Origin: Candidatus Cloacimonadales bacterium | Lineage (GTDB): Bacteria; Cloacimonadota; Cloacimonadia; Cloacimonadales; JAFGVF01 | Direction: 5' to 3' | Assembly (NCBI GenBank): GCA_963678315.1 | Contig: OY782781.1 | Span: 1,568,001-1,632,000, forward strand | Length of the DNA: 64,000 nucleotides | In this document: in pieces, positions 42,187 to 52,516 of the stretch | Layout: the number at the start of each line of letters is the position of its first letter | Numbering within the stretch: position 1 is the first letter of the stretch | Notes under the pieces: model-generated | What the model was told of the DNA's origin: nothing | What the model saw: the letters and a program-made list of their open reading frames with translations, nothing else | Databases searched by the model: none | Position numbers and translations under genes: made by a program

Positions 42187-44929
42187 AAATATTTCTCCTT
42201 GTTCTGTGTTTGTTTGGAATTTTAAAGTAGAAAGTACTTCCAACATTTATTTCTGATTCTAACCAAATCTTACCGTTTAATTTTTCTAAGAGAGCTTTTG
42301 AAATAGAAAGCCCTAGTCCTGTTCCTTGCTTTATTGAGTCTATTTGATAGAACTTTTCAAAAATTTTATTGAAATGTTCTTTCTTAATTCCACAACCAGT
42401 ATCTCTTACAAAGAATGTTGTATGAGAAGTGTTTTTATCTATTATACCAAATGAAATTTCTCCGCACTCTGTGAATTTAAAGGCATTATTCAAAATGTTA
42501 ACAAAAACTTGTACTAATCTATATTTATCAGTTTGAATATTAAAGTTCTCAGGTAGATATTCTAACTTTATTCTTAAATTATCTCTTATCCTAGTTTTAT
42601 ATGTAGAATGAAGTTCTTCAAGAACTTGGCTGATGTCAAACTCTTGTAGATCTACTTCAATTATATCAGCTTCAATCCTAGAATAATCAATAATGTCACT
42701 AATCAACTTAAGCAGTATTTCATTATTTCTTTTAATTATTTCCGAGTAGGTTTTTAATTCTTCAGCAGAAAGAGAAGCATCAAACAAATCAGCAAAACCA
42801 ACAATAGCATTAAGTGGAGTTCTAATCTCATGACTCATATTTGTTAGAAAAGCTGTTTTAAGCCTATCACTTTGCTCAGCTCTATCTTTTGCAATTTCGA
42901 GTTCAGTCATATTTTTATTTAGTGTCTTATTTAATTGAATATATTCTTCATTCTTTTTTTCAAGTTCTTTCTTACTATTAACTATCCCTGTTACATCGCT
43001 AATAATACATATAACACCAATTATATTTCCATCAGAATCAATGTTGGGACTAAAAATCTCTTGAGAAATTCCCCATTGTTTCTTCTTTGGATTATAGAAT
43101 TCAACATTTTCATAAGTAATTCGATTACCTTTTAATGCCTCTTCTAGACCATGTCTAATCTTGTCATAAGTAGATTGGTCAAAGATCTCAGCAGTTGTCT
43201 TGCCTAGAACTTCAGATTCAGATAAACCTGTAAAAGTTTCCATAAACTTGTTCCATAGTAGGTATCTAAGTTTGGTATCATAAACAATAATCCCCTGAGA
43301 TGCGTTTGTTAGAATACTCTTGTTCAATTCAAGTGCATTTTTCATCTTATTGAGATAAAGTTTCCTCTCTTCTTCTGCTTTTATTCTCTTGGATATATCG
43401 TGAATGATAGAATATAGGTATTCTTTACTTCTAATGTAAATCTTTCCACTATATACTTCTACATCTCTAATCTCACCATTAGATTTTTTATGTTTGAAAT
43501 GAAAAATGTTTTTATCATTATTTAAGGCTTTATTGACATCATTTCTCACATTTTTTAAAGCATTTGTGTTCAAATCACAAATCTTAAGCTTTAGCATTTC
43601 ATCATGGGAGTATTGGTAATAATTACAGGCTGCATCATTAGCATCAATAATATCTGTTGTTATTGGGTCAATTATCAACATGATTGAGTATGATTTTTGG
43701 AACATACTTTGATAACGAATTTTACTTTCGCGTAACTCTTTTTCCATCATAAACTCGGTTGTAATATCCTTAAAAGTACAATAAGTTTGTCGCATAATTC
43801 CATCAGCACGATAACCAATACAACCTTCGAAGGAAACGTAAATTTTTGATTTGTCTTTTCTTACCATTCTAAATCTAACATCATGAATATAACCCTGTGC
43901 CTTAAAGACAGGGAAGTTCTTTTTGAAATGTGCAACATAGTCATTATCTAAGAAGTCTGAAAAATTTCTGCCTATAACTTCAGACTTTGTATATCCTAGT
44001 GTAATTAACCACATAGGGTTTACATCAATAATATTACCATCGGGGTTCAATGATTGATAGGCTAAAGGAGCATTCTCATACATTGCTCGATACTTATTTA
44101 CTTTTTCTGAAAGAAGATCTAGTTTTGTATTATATAATGTAGTGTTGTTTGCAAAAATCAAGATATGATTATAGGGTGTTAGTAAACCTGTTGTTTTAAA
44201 GTAAATTGTTCTTTTTTTAGAAGTTATGAGTTTGATATCTTTTTGAAATTTTCTTTTCATAGTAACCTGATGAATGAAGTCTAAAAATTCTGTATTCTCT
44301 TCTCGAACAAAGTTAACAATATGTTTTCCAATAATAACTTCTTTCTTTGATTGAAGAGCAATTACAGCCTGCCTATTCAGATCTACAACATTTAAATCGC
44401 TATCTAATTCAAAAAATAATTCATAATTGTTCATTAAAAAAGTATACTGTGAGCCAATAACAGAATATCCTAGTAAAGAAGCCAAAGTATCATTAATCAA
44501 TCCTAAAGTAGAAATGAAATGGCTTATGGATTCTAATACAATATCACTATTGAAATATAAGCAACCAATTGCTATATTATTAAAAGAAATAGGATAAGAA
44601 TAATTAAAATCTTCCATTAAAATTTTACTTATATCTTTTAATTCCAAGTTGTTCTTTACAATTAGGATATTTTTTCTATTATCAATAACTTCAAAGAATT
44701 CATATTTATCAATTGAATCAAAGTTTTTTCTCATTAACTCATTTGAAAATATCAACTTTTTTTGGTCTGCGAGAATGAACTCAGCATTATTAATAAAACT
44801 CAAACTTATGAATTTACTATGAATATTATCTATAAAAGATTTTTCAGGCTTTTTGGTAATAAGCAATTTATTGATATATAACGATAGGTTAAATAATTCA
44901 TCCTTTATTTCAATATTTTTATTTTTCAA
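42179..44929 (-). CDS. Cytoplasmic multi-PAS sensor histidine kinase
   Basis: About 4 PAS repeats; MSHEIRTPLN; NAFKFT; DTGCG; GTGLGL. Confidence 0.9.
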   Translation of the reverse strand: MKNKNIEIKDELFNLSLYINKLLITKKPEKSFIDNIHSKFISLSFINNAEFILADQKKLIFSNELMRKNFDSIDKYEFFEVIDNRKNILIVKNNLELKDISKILMEDFNYSYPISFNNIAIGCLYFNSDIVLESISHFISTLGLINDTLASLLGYSVIGSQYTFLMNNYELFFELDSDLNVVDLNRQAVIALQSKKEVIIGKHIVNFVREENTEFLDFIHQVTMKRKFQKDIKLITSKKRTIYFKTTGLLTPYNHILIFANNTTLYNTKLDLLSEKVNKYRAMYENAPLAYQSLNPDGNIIDVNPMWLITLGYTKSEVIGRNFSDFLDNDYVAHFKKNFPVFKAQGYIHDVRFRMVRKDKSKIYVSFEGCIGYRADGIMRQTYCTFKDITTEFMMEKELRESKIRYQSMFQKSYSIMLIIDPITTDIIDANDAACNYYQYSHDEMLKLKICDLNTNALKNVRNDVNKALNNDKNIFHFKHKKSNGEIRDVEVYSGKIYIRSKEYLYSIIHDISKRIKAEEERKLYLNKMKNALELNKSILTNASQGIIVYDTKLRYLLWNKFMETFTGLSESEVLGKTTAEIFDQSTYDKIRHGLEEALKGNRITYENVEFYNPKKKQWGISQEIFSPNIDSDGNIIGVICIISDVTGIVNSKKELEKKNEEYIQLNKTLNKNMTELEIAKDRAEQSDRLKTAFLTNMSHEIRTPLNAIVGFADLFDASLSAEELKTYSEIIKRNNEILLKLISDIIDYSRIEADIIEVDLQEFDISQVLEELHSTYKTRIRDNLRIKLEYLPENFNIQTDKYRLVQVFVNILNNAFKFTECGEISFGIIDKNTSHTTFFVRDTGCGIKKEHFNKIFEKFYQIDSIKQGTGLGLSISKALLEKLNGKIWLESEINVGSTFYFKIPNKHRTRRNIYA

Positions 44930-44943
44930 AATAACTCCCTTAA

Positions 44944-47900
44944 TTAAATACTCTCAAAAATATCGAGTAGAACTTTTTTTAATTTATCAGAACTTATAGG
45001 TTTTGAGAGAAAGCCCTTCATTCCTATATCTAAACATTTTTCTCTTGTTTTTGTTGAAACATTTGCTGTTAATGATATTATTACTGGCACTTTCTCAGTC
45101 AATTTTTGAAAAATTACCTTAGATGTTGTGATTCCATCCATTTCAGGCATTTGTAAATCCATGAAGATTAAATCAGGCACGTTTTTAAGCGCACTTTTTA
45201 ACGCATCTATTCCATTTACTGCATGAAATAATTCTACATTTGGTAGAAATTTTTTAAGCATAATAGTAATAAGTTTTGAATTGATTTTATTGTCTTCTGC
45301 AATAAGAATCTTTCCTGTTTTAGAACTTATTGCATCTATTTTATTTCTTTTTTTAAGCTTATTATTAATTGAAGAAGATTTAGATTTACTATCAATCTCT
45401 TTCAAGATGTTATAAATCATTTTTGGTAAAACAGGTTTTGATATAGTATAATTTATATTCTCATCAATGCACAGTTTAGAGACAAATGCTTCGTGCTCTA
45501 AATTGTAGAATATTACAAACGGAATTGACAAACTGTTCTCTGAAAAATATCTGTTTATTCTTTTAACAGTTCTAATATTATCATATTTACTAGCAGAAAA
45601 ATTAGCTATTATCAAACTGATATCATGCTTATTTATAATCTCGATTGCCTCTACATAGCTATCACATGTTATTATTCTTAAACCAAAGTATTCAGTGTAT
45701 CTTTTTGTTATAGCAATAGTCTCAGGAGTTTGATCTATCATTAAAATATTGTTTATGTTCTTGAACTTATAAGGGAATAGATCTTTATCAAAAATATGAT
45801 TACACTTTATTGTGAACTCAAATGTCGTTAATTTATCTGGTATACTATCAAAAGTTATTTTACCACCCATTTTAGTCACTATATCGTTTGAAATTACTAA
45901 ACCAAGCCCTGTTCCACCAAATTTTCTGGTTATAGTTGAATCTGCTTGTGTAAAAGCTTGGAACAACCTACTTGTTTGCTCTTTAGAAATCCCTATTCCA
46001 GTGTCGATAACCTGAACTGTTAGATTCCCTGATCTGTTATCAATATATTCAAATAGTAGTTTTAATACAACCTGTCCTTTTGCAGTGAATTTTACAGCAT
46101 TAGACAAAAGATTTGTTAGAACCTGCTTTAATCTTACAGAATCTACAAATAGATAACGAGGTAGTTTTGTATCATAATCCACAACGAATTCTAATAATTT
46201 TGAGGATGATGCGATTTTTATAATATCTACAGTCTCATCAACAAGATCAAAAATGTCTGTCTTTTCAATATTTAAATCAAATTTACCAGATTCAATTTTA
46301 GAGAAATCTAGAATATCGTTGATGATGGATAATAAAGATTTAGCAGACTTGAGCGAGTATTCTATATAGCTTTTTTGCGTATCATCAATTTTAGTATGTG
46401 CAAGAAGTTCTGTGAACCCAATTACTCCGTTTAATGGCGTTCTTATTTCATGACTCATACTGGCAAGAAATTCAGATTTTGCTTTGGTAGCCTCTAGTGA
46501 ATCTTTGGCAAACTGTCGAGCTTTGATTGTTTTTTCTTCCAGCTGAGTGTTAAGCAAATTTAATTTATTAATTGCTTCGATTCTTGCTAAAACATTTGCA
46601 TAAATCTGTCCAAAGAAATCAAGAATTTCAATTTCTGATTTGTTAAAAAGATGGTGTGAAGAAACAAAATCTATACCTACAAATCCCTTACACTGATTGT
46701 TTACGAAAAAGGGTATAGTGCATAAACTCTTAATTTCTTGTGCAACAAGAATATCATGCATCTCACCTTCTGTTTGTGTGTCAACATTGTTATAAATTAT
46801 TGGATTCCCATTTATATGAGTTGAAAACCAATTAGGGATTTCGTCTAAATTAAATTCTTGTATCTCATTAATCTGGGGTTTAATCCCAATATTACACCAT
46901 TCATAAGTATATGTAGTAGTGTTCTTTTCTAAATCATATTCGAAGATATAGGAACGGTCACATTCAAAAAATTCTCCAATATCCTTAAGAACCTTATCAA
47001 AAGCAGGCTTTACTTGGCTAACATCAATATTGATCAGATTTGTAGAAAAATCTCTTAGAATGTTCTGGATTTTTAAGTAGTAGTTAAGCTTATTTTTGGT
47101 GAAATTCAACTGAGTAATATCTGTCATCGTAGTAATGAAATATTTTTCCCCATCAAATTCAATTACATCACCTGAAAATAAACCATCTAGCCTTTCTCCA
47201 GTTTTGGTCATTATACATATTTCTAGCCCCTCTATATGCTTTTGTTTCCTGACTGAATCGAATAATAGTTTTTGACTTTCGATTGTAGGCATGATATGCA
47301 GTTCAAGGGGAGTTTTTCCAATTACTTCTTCTTTTGTAAAACCAATTTTTTTGGTAAAGTGCTTGTTAACATCAGTGAAAACAAAATCTTCAGCTCTACT
47401 AATAGTAATTGAGTTAGGACTGTTATTAAAAATAATATCCATTTTTTCAGTTAAAGTTTTTTGCTGTTGTGTAGAAACAAGGATTTCTGTTATATTTTTG
47501 GCTGAGGCATAAATTAAATTTCCAAAGAGATGAAAGGTCCATTCTAAAGTAAGGTATTCACCACTAATATTTTTTATTCTATTAGTGAATTTTTCAATTG
47601 TTTTTTCTTGAACTAAACTTTTAATGACAGCTCTTGTCTTTTCCAAATCATCGGGGTGTACTAGGTTTATTAAGCTTCCATGATATTTTTTTTCTTGGTT
47701 AATACCAATTAATTCAGAAAATTCATGGTTCATTTGTATTATATAACCTCTGATATCCATAATGGTTAAAAGAGAGAGACCAACTTCATAAAACTTCTCT
47801 AAAATAACTTGTTTCTTGAAATCATTGTTACTTTCTAAGAATATAGCAACGAAATAGTTAGGCTTTGGAGAATAAGCAATTACATGAAACTCTTTTTGGA

Positions 47901-48180
47901 TATGTTCTGAAAACTGGATAAAATTAGCACTTTTACCCTCCAAAGTAATTTGCCCATAAAAATCTATCCAATCAAAGGCATCATCAACAATTGTAGGAAA
48001 TATATGTGTTATTCTTTTGTTAATAATATTTGAAGCTCTTAAACCTGTTAACTCCTCAAACATTTTATTAACATCAATAAAAATATAGTCTATTGCTTGG
48101 CCAGTATCATCTAAAACAATTTTGTGTAAGCCATATCCAAATGGGGCATCAACGAATAAATCCTTTGTGCTAGTTATCAT
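44944..48180 (-). CDS. Cytoplasmic PAS/GAF hybrid histidine kinase
   Basis: PAS x3, GAF (DRSYIF...YEWC...GFVGID), MSHEIRTPLNG, NAVKFT, GGTGLGL, FMDLQMP. Confidence 0.92.
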   Translation of the reverse strand: MITSTKDLFVDAPFGYGLHKIVLDDTGQAIDYIFIDVNKMFEELTGLRASNIINKRITHIFPTIVDDAFDWIDFYGQITLEGKSANFIQFSEHIQKEFHVIAYSPKPNYFVAIFLESNNDFKKQVILEKFYEVGLSLLTIMDIRGYIIQMNHEFSELIGINQEKKYHGSLINLVHPDDLEKTRAVIKSLVQEKTIEKFTNRIKNISGEYLTLEWTFHLFGNLIYASAKNITEILVSTQQQKTLTEKMDIIFNNSPNSITISRAEDFVFTDVNKHFTKKIGFTKEEVIGKTPLELHIMPTIESQKLLFDSVRKQKHIEGLEICIMTKTGERLDGLFSGDVIEFDGEKYFITTMTDITQLNFTKNKLNYYLKIQNILRDFSTNLINIDVSQVKPAFDKVLKDIGEFFECDRSYIFEYDLEKNTTTYTYEWCNIGIKPQINEIQEFNLDEIPNWFSTHINGNPIIYNNVDTQTEGEMHDILVAQEIKSLCTIPFFVNNQCKGFVGIDFVSSHHLFNKSEIEILDFFGQIYANVLARIEAINKLNLLNTQLEEKTIKARQFAKDSLEATKAKSEFLASMSHEIRTPLNGVIGFTELLAHTKIDDTQKSYIEYSLKSAKSLLSIINDILDFSKIESGKFDLNIEKTDIFDLVDETVDIIKIASSSKLLEFVVDYDTKLPRYLFVDSVRLKQVLTNLLSNAVKFTAKGQVVLKLLFEYIDNRSGNLTVQVIDTGIGISKEQTSRLFQAFTQADSTITRKFGGTGLGLVISNDIVTKMGGKITFDSIPDKLTTFEFTIKCNHIFDKDLFPYKFKNINNILMIDQTPETIAITKRYTEYFGLRIITCDSYVEAIEIINKHDISLIIANFSASKYDNIRTVKRINRYFSENSLSIPFVIFYNLEHEAFVSKLCIDENINYTISKPVLPKMIYNILKEIDSKSKSSSINNKLKKRNKIDAISSKTGKILIAEDNKINSKLITIMLKKFLPNVELFHAVNGIDALKSALKNVPDLIFMDLQMPEMDGITTSKVIFQKLTEKVPVIISLTANVSTKTREKCLDIGMKGFLSKPISSDKLKKVLLDIFESI

Positions 48181-48345
48181 ATATTTCTCCCATGGTTATA
48201 TTATAAGGATGATTTAAATATAGTCAATTAAAAAAGTACTATTTTAGTATTTTTTTTCAATAGCAGTTATGCAAGCAAAACTCTCAGTTTCTGCTTTCTA
48301 GCCCCTGTAGGTTGACAGTCCAGTTTATTAGCTTTTTTACTTGAC

Positions 48346-48397
48346 CCTTACTTGCCACCTTGAAAAAAAACCGATTTTTCAAGGAGACCAGTAAGGA
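48346..48397. repeat. Dispersed palindromic (REP-like) element
   Basis: CCTTACTTGCCACCTTGAAAAA-AAACCGA-TTTTTCAAGGAGACCAGTAAGG; near-identical inverted copy at 61649-61697. Confidence 0.8.
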
Positions 48398-48480
48398 TGG
48401 AGTTAGTGACCAAGGAGTTAGTGACTGGGATCGCCAGCCTCCGAGCTAGCTTCACTTAGAACATAGTGATAAGTGAATTT

Positions 48481-48507
48481 GTAGAGACGTTTGGAAAAAC
48501 GTCTCTC
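48481..48507. repeat. GTAG-type REP-like hairpin
   Basis: GTAGAGACGTTT-GGAA-AAACGTCTCTC; inverted half-copy at 61631-61645. Confidence 0.7.
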
Positions 48508-48971
48508 TTGAATTGTCCTGAAAGGACATATCACCACAGAGCCCATGATTTCAATCGAGGGAGATGTGATAAATGAGAAATAAATAATTAATAATGAAAA
48601 ATAAACTTGCCTACCATCTAAATGCATTGTGGCAAAAATGATTTAATTAGAGTAATTAGTGCCATTTGTGGCTGATTTCTTATTTGCTATTTAGTCCCAA
48701 CGGGACGATATAGGTTTTTAGTCCATCTCAGAATGTTCCTCAATCGAGAATGATGGATAGGGAAGTCTATTTTTATTTCTTGACACTTTTAAAGAGATAA
48801 GGCTAAGTTGTATTATAAATACAGATGTTGATAAACATTCATTACAAAGTTATTCAAATAAATAACCAAAAAAGATACAAAACATAATGAGCAAATAAAG
48901 TAAAAAATTGAAAATATCATTATTTTTAAACAACATGTTTTATTTGATATGTTACTTAAACAGGAGAATAT

Positions 48972-49796
48972 ATGTTTAAAAAAGTAGGTCGCTTAACGCC
49001 TGAAGATATGAAAGAAATGCGCTTAAAAGTAGAGGGCATATTTGAGCAAATTGAAAAAGAAAAAATAACATCAGCAGTAAGAAGAATCAATCTTATTGCC
49101 AATACAGCTAATTATTTTGTTCGTGAAGAAATGGGGAAGATGTTAGCAGAATGTGAAAATAAGCAGGCAATGGATGATATATGTTTAAAAATGATGAAAC
49201 ATAAACTTTATGGTATTCGAGCAACAGGTCTATTCTATTTCTATTATAAGGATAAATCCCACCCACATGAAGTTATTGAGGTTTTGGACAAGTATTATGA
49301 CAAAGTTCCTTGGGAAGCAGAAAGTATCGCCTATAATATGTGGAAGAAGCATTCACATATAATGAAAAAATACATGCCTGAATGGCAAAAAGATAAAGAT
49401 GAGTTCAAGCGTTCTTTATCATTACATGGAATGGAAAATATAGCTAACAATGAACCCAAATTCATCATGAAATTTATTGGTGATATGATTGATGATGAAT
49501 CAATTGAAGTGCAAAAGAAAATTACCCACATTTTAACTCAGGTAGGAAGACAGAAGCCTTCAAAATGTTATCCCGTAATCAAGCAATGGTTGTATAAGGC
49601 TGATGATAGAAGAATAAAAACTATTTGGGTAACAATGAAGAAATTAGCAAACATAATTACTCAAAAGAGTAATAGAGACAAATCGAGTGACTTTGTGAAA
49701 GCTACAGAAAGAACAGTGAAAGAGTGGAAGAAAGATTCAAACAATAATGTTTCTTCAATGGGCAATAAACTTGCTTATATTTTAAAAATAAAATAA
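48972..49796 (+). CDS. HEAT/ARM-repeat protein (DNA alkylation repair AlkD-like)
   Basis: All-helical repeats W..D.D...R, DESIEVQK.I...L..VGR..P; RBS AGGAG. Confidence 0.6.
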   Translation: MFKKVGRLTPEDMKEMRLKVEGIFEQIEKEKITSAVRRINLIANTANYFVREEMGKMLAECENKQAMDDICLKMMKHKLYGIRATGLFYFYYKDKSHPHEVIEVLDKYYDKVPWEAESIAYNMWKKHSHIMKKYMPEWQKDKDEFKRSLSLHGMENIANNEPKFIMKFIGDMIDDESIEVQKKITHILTQVGRQKPSKCYPVIKQWLYKADDRRIKTIWVTMKKLANIITQKSNRDKSSDFVKATERTVKEWKKDSNNNVSSMGNKLAYILKIK

Positions 49797-49834
49797 CCAA
49801 TAATCTATATAACATACGAAAAGAGGACTTAAAG

Positions 49835-50269
49835 ATGGCTAACGAATGGATGAATTTAGGTCATAGTTTAGAAGACTATTTAGAGAAGATTTTATTATTA
49901 GGTTTAACAAACGAAAAGATAAGAGTAACAGATTTAGCTATTAAACTTGGTGTGAAAAAGCCATCAGTAGTATCAGCATTAAAAAAGCTAGCAGAGATGG
50001 ACTTCATTGTTTATGAGAAGTATAAAGATATATATCTTACAGAGAAAGGTAGAGAGTATGCTGGTAAAATCTATAGAAGACATTTAACTTTAACTAGATT
50101 CTTCAATGAAATTCTTGGTATTGATTATGAACAAGCAGAAGAAGATGCATGTGCAGTTGAACACGACTTAAGTGTTACAAGTTTTAATAGAATATTTGGA
50201 TTAATTGAATACTTTGAAAGGGATTCTGAAGCCAGAGAGGTAATTGAAAGATTTAAAAAGAAGTCGTAG
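49835..50269 (+). CDS. DtxR/MntR family metal-dependent transcriptional regulator
   Basis: EDYLE.I, DLA..LGV.KPSV, LTEKG, RRH, EDACAVEH. Confidence 0.92.
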   Translation: MANEWMNLGHSLEDYLEKILLLGLTNEKIRVTDLAIKLGVKKPSVVSALKKLAEMDFIVYEKYKDIYLTEKGREYAGKIYRRHLTLTRFFNEILGIDYEQAEEDACAVEHDLSVTSFNRIFGLIEYFERDSEAREVIERFKKKS

Positions 50270-50277
50270 GGGAATAG

Positions 50278-50742
50278 ATGAAAAGCACATTACACAATAT
50301 TATTAAATCGTATAAAGATAAGAAAGGTTTTTTAATTCCACTATTGCAAGCTATACAGAGAGAAGAAGGGTATTTATCAAGAGAATCAATTATTCAAGTT
50401 TCAGATGAAACAGGTGTTTCAAAAGCAGAAATCTATGGCGTAGCAACATTTTATACTATGTTTAGATTGAAAGCTCAAGGTAAGCACACAATTAGAATCT
50501 GTAAAGGAACAGCCTGTCATGTATCTGGAGCAAAAACAATTCTTGAGGCAATTCAAGATGAACTAAATCTAAGTAATGAGAAAGATACCACTGATGATGG
50601 TATGTTTACGCTCTTAGAAGTAGCATGTCTAGGTTGTTGTAGCTTAGCTCCAGTAATTATGATTGATGATAAAACTTATGGTAAACTTAGTTCAAGAAAA
50701 ATACCTGAGGTAATAAAATCATTTATTGAGGAGAATAAGTAA
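50278..50742 (+). CDS. nuoE: NuoE/HydC-like [2Fe-2S] subunit (StnA-like)
   Basis: LIPLLQ..Q...GYL, GVATFY, CKGTACH, CLGCC.LAPV. Confidence 0.85.
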   Translation: MKSTLHNIIKSYKDKKGFLIPLLQAIQREEGYLSRESIIQVSDETGVSKAEIYGVATFYTMFRLKAQGKHTIRICKGTACHVSGAKTILEAIQDELNLSNEKDTTDDGMFTLLEVACLGCCSLAPVIMIDDKTYGKLSSRKIPEVIKSFIEENK

Positions 50743-52508
50743 TGTCAGGAAAGATTATAAAAGTAGGTATGGCTTCTTGTGGTTTAGCTGCCGGCGCTCA
50801 ATCCATTTATGATACAATTCAAAAAATTATCATTGATAAAAAATTAGATATTACTTTGAAACAAACAGCTTGTAATGGCATGTGTCATTCAGAGCCTTTA
50901 ATTGAACTTCATGATTGTGACAGCCGCTATATTTATGGTAATCTAGAAAAAAATGATGTTGAAAGTATTATTCTTAATTTTAACAACAACGAATATAAGC
51001 AAAGCAAGTTAATATACTCAAACAAAGTTGATGCAGAAGAAAACTATGTTCTTGAATCTCAAACTAGAATTGTGATGAGAAATTGTGGAGTTATTGACCC
51101 AGTTTCAATTGATGAATATCTCCAAGTAGATGGCTATAAGGCTTTATCAAAAGCTCTGCAGATGGACAGATTCTCAATTATAGATGAAATCTCAAAATCA
51201 GGGCTAAGAGGTCGTGGGGGAGCAGGATTCCCAACAGGACTAAAATGGAAATTTGCTTACGATAAAGAAAGTGCTAAGAAATTTGTAGTATGTAATGCTG
51301 ATGAAGGAGATCCAGGTGCTTTCATGGATAGGTCAGTTCTGGAAGGTGATCCTCATAATGTTATCGAAGGAATGATAATAGGAGCTTATGCAATAGGTGC
51401 TGATGAAGGTTATCTATATGTACGTGCTGAATATCCTTTAGCTATAAAACATCTTTCAATTGCAATCAAACAAGCTGAAGAAAAGGGCTTTCTAGGTAAG
51501 AATATTTTAGCTTCTGACTTTAACTTTAAACTTCACATTAAAGAAGGTGCTGGAGCATTTGTTTGTGGAGAAGAAACAGCTTTAATGGCTTCAATTGAAG
51601 GTAAGAGAGGTATGCCAAATCTAAGACCACCTTTCCCTGCAGAATCAGGTTTATGGGGTTATCCAACAAATATCAATAATGTTGAAACTTGGGCTAACAT
51701 CTCCTGGATTATTCTCAATGGTGCTGAAGAATATGCAAAATATGGTACTGAGAAATCTCGTGGAACAAAAGTCTTTGCCTTAGCCGGAAAGATTAAGAAT
51801 TCTGGATTGATAGAGGTTCCTATGGGTATCAGTCTAAAAGATGTAATCTATAAAGTTGGTGGTGGTATGAAGACAGAATCACCCTTTAAAGCAGTTCAGC
51901 TTGGAGGACCATCAGGAGGATGTGTTCCTGAAGAATTACTGGATACAATTGTTGATTATGATTCTATAAACAAAACTGGAGCTATCATGGGTTCTGGTGG
52001 AATGGTTGTAATGGATTATGATACATGTATGGTTGATGTGGCTAAATTCTTTTTAAACTTCACACAAAATGAATCTTGTGGCAAGTGTACTTTCTGCAGA
52101 ATAGGCACCAAGAGAATGCTGGAAATATTAGAAAAGATTACTAAAGGTGATGGTCAACTTGAAGATATTGAGAAACTAGAGCAACTATCTGATAAAATAA
52201 TAACAACTTCTCTATGTGGTTTAGGACAGACAGCTCCTAACCCAGTTCTAACAACATTAAGGTACTTTAAAAAAGAATATGAAGAACATATTGTAGATAA
52301 ACATTGTTCTGCTAAAGTATGTACAGATTTACTGAAATATTCAATCGATAAAGATAAGTGTATAGGATGTACAGCTTGTGCAAGAGTTTGTCCAGTAAAT
52401 TGCATTTCAGGGGAAGTTAAAAAAGTTCATGAGATAGACCAAACTAAATGTATAAAATGTGGTTCTTGTTTTACAGCTTGTAAGTTTGATGCTGTGGAAA
52501 TTAGTTAG
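50742..52508 (+). CDS. nuoF: NuoF/HydB-like FMN/NAD-binding subunit with C-terminal 2[4Fe-4S] (StnB-like)
   Basis: GLRGRGGAGFPTG, NADEGDPGAFMDR, GAGAFVCGEETAL, ESCGKCTFCRIG, two CxxCxxCxxxC motifs. Confidence 0.88.
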   Translation: MSGKIIKVGMASCGLAAGAQSIYDTIQKIIIDKKLDITLKQTACNGMCHSEPLIELHDCDSRYIYGNLEKNDVESIILNFNNNEYKQSKLIYSNKVDAEENYVLESQTRIVMRNCGVIDPVSIDEYLQVDGYKALSKALQMDRFSIIDEISKSGLRGRGGAGFPTGLKWKFAYDKESAKKFVVCNADEGDPGAFMDRSVLEGDPHNVIEGMIIGAYAIGADEGYLYVRAEYPLAIKHLSIAIKQAEEKGFLGKNILASDFNFKLHIKEGAGAFVCGEETALMASIEGKRGMPNLRPPFPAESGLWGYPTNINNVETWANISWIILNGAEEYAKYGTEKSRGTKVFALAGKIKNSGLIEVPMGISLKDVIYKVGGGMKTESPFKAVQLGGPSGGCVPEELLDTIVDYDSINKTGAIMGSGGMVVMDYDTCMVDVAKFFLNFTQNESCGKCTFCRIGTKRMLEILEKITKGDGQLEDIEKLEQLSDKIITTSLCGLGQTAPNPVLTTLRYFKKEYEEHIVDKHCSAKVCTDLLKYSIDKDKCIGCTACARVCPVNCISGEVKKVHEIDQTKCIKCGSCFTACKFDAVEIS

Positions 52509-52516
52509 GAGAATTA

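Noticed and set aside
41812..44929. Frameshifted hybrid kinase (pseudogene)
   Set aside because: The receiver ORF has its own AAGGAG RBS and ATG overlapping the kinase stop, typical of coupled genes.
48340..48510. CRISPR array
   Set aside because: Only two 12-bp direct repeats 3 nt apart; no repeat-spacer periodicity and no cas genes.
48808..48866. Rex operator upstream of the HEAT/DtxR/Stn-like genes
   Set aside because: Dyads TGTATT..AATACA and GTTATT-N6-AATAAC exist but do not fit TTGTGAA-N4-TTCACAA and are expected by chance in AT-rich DNA.
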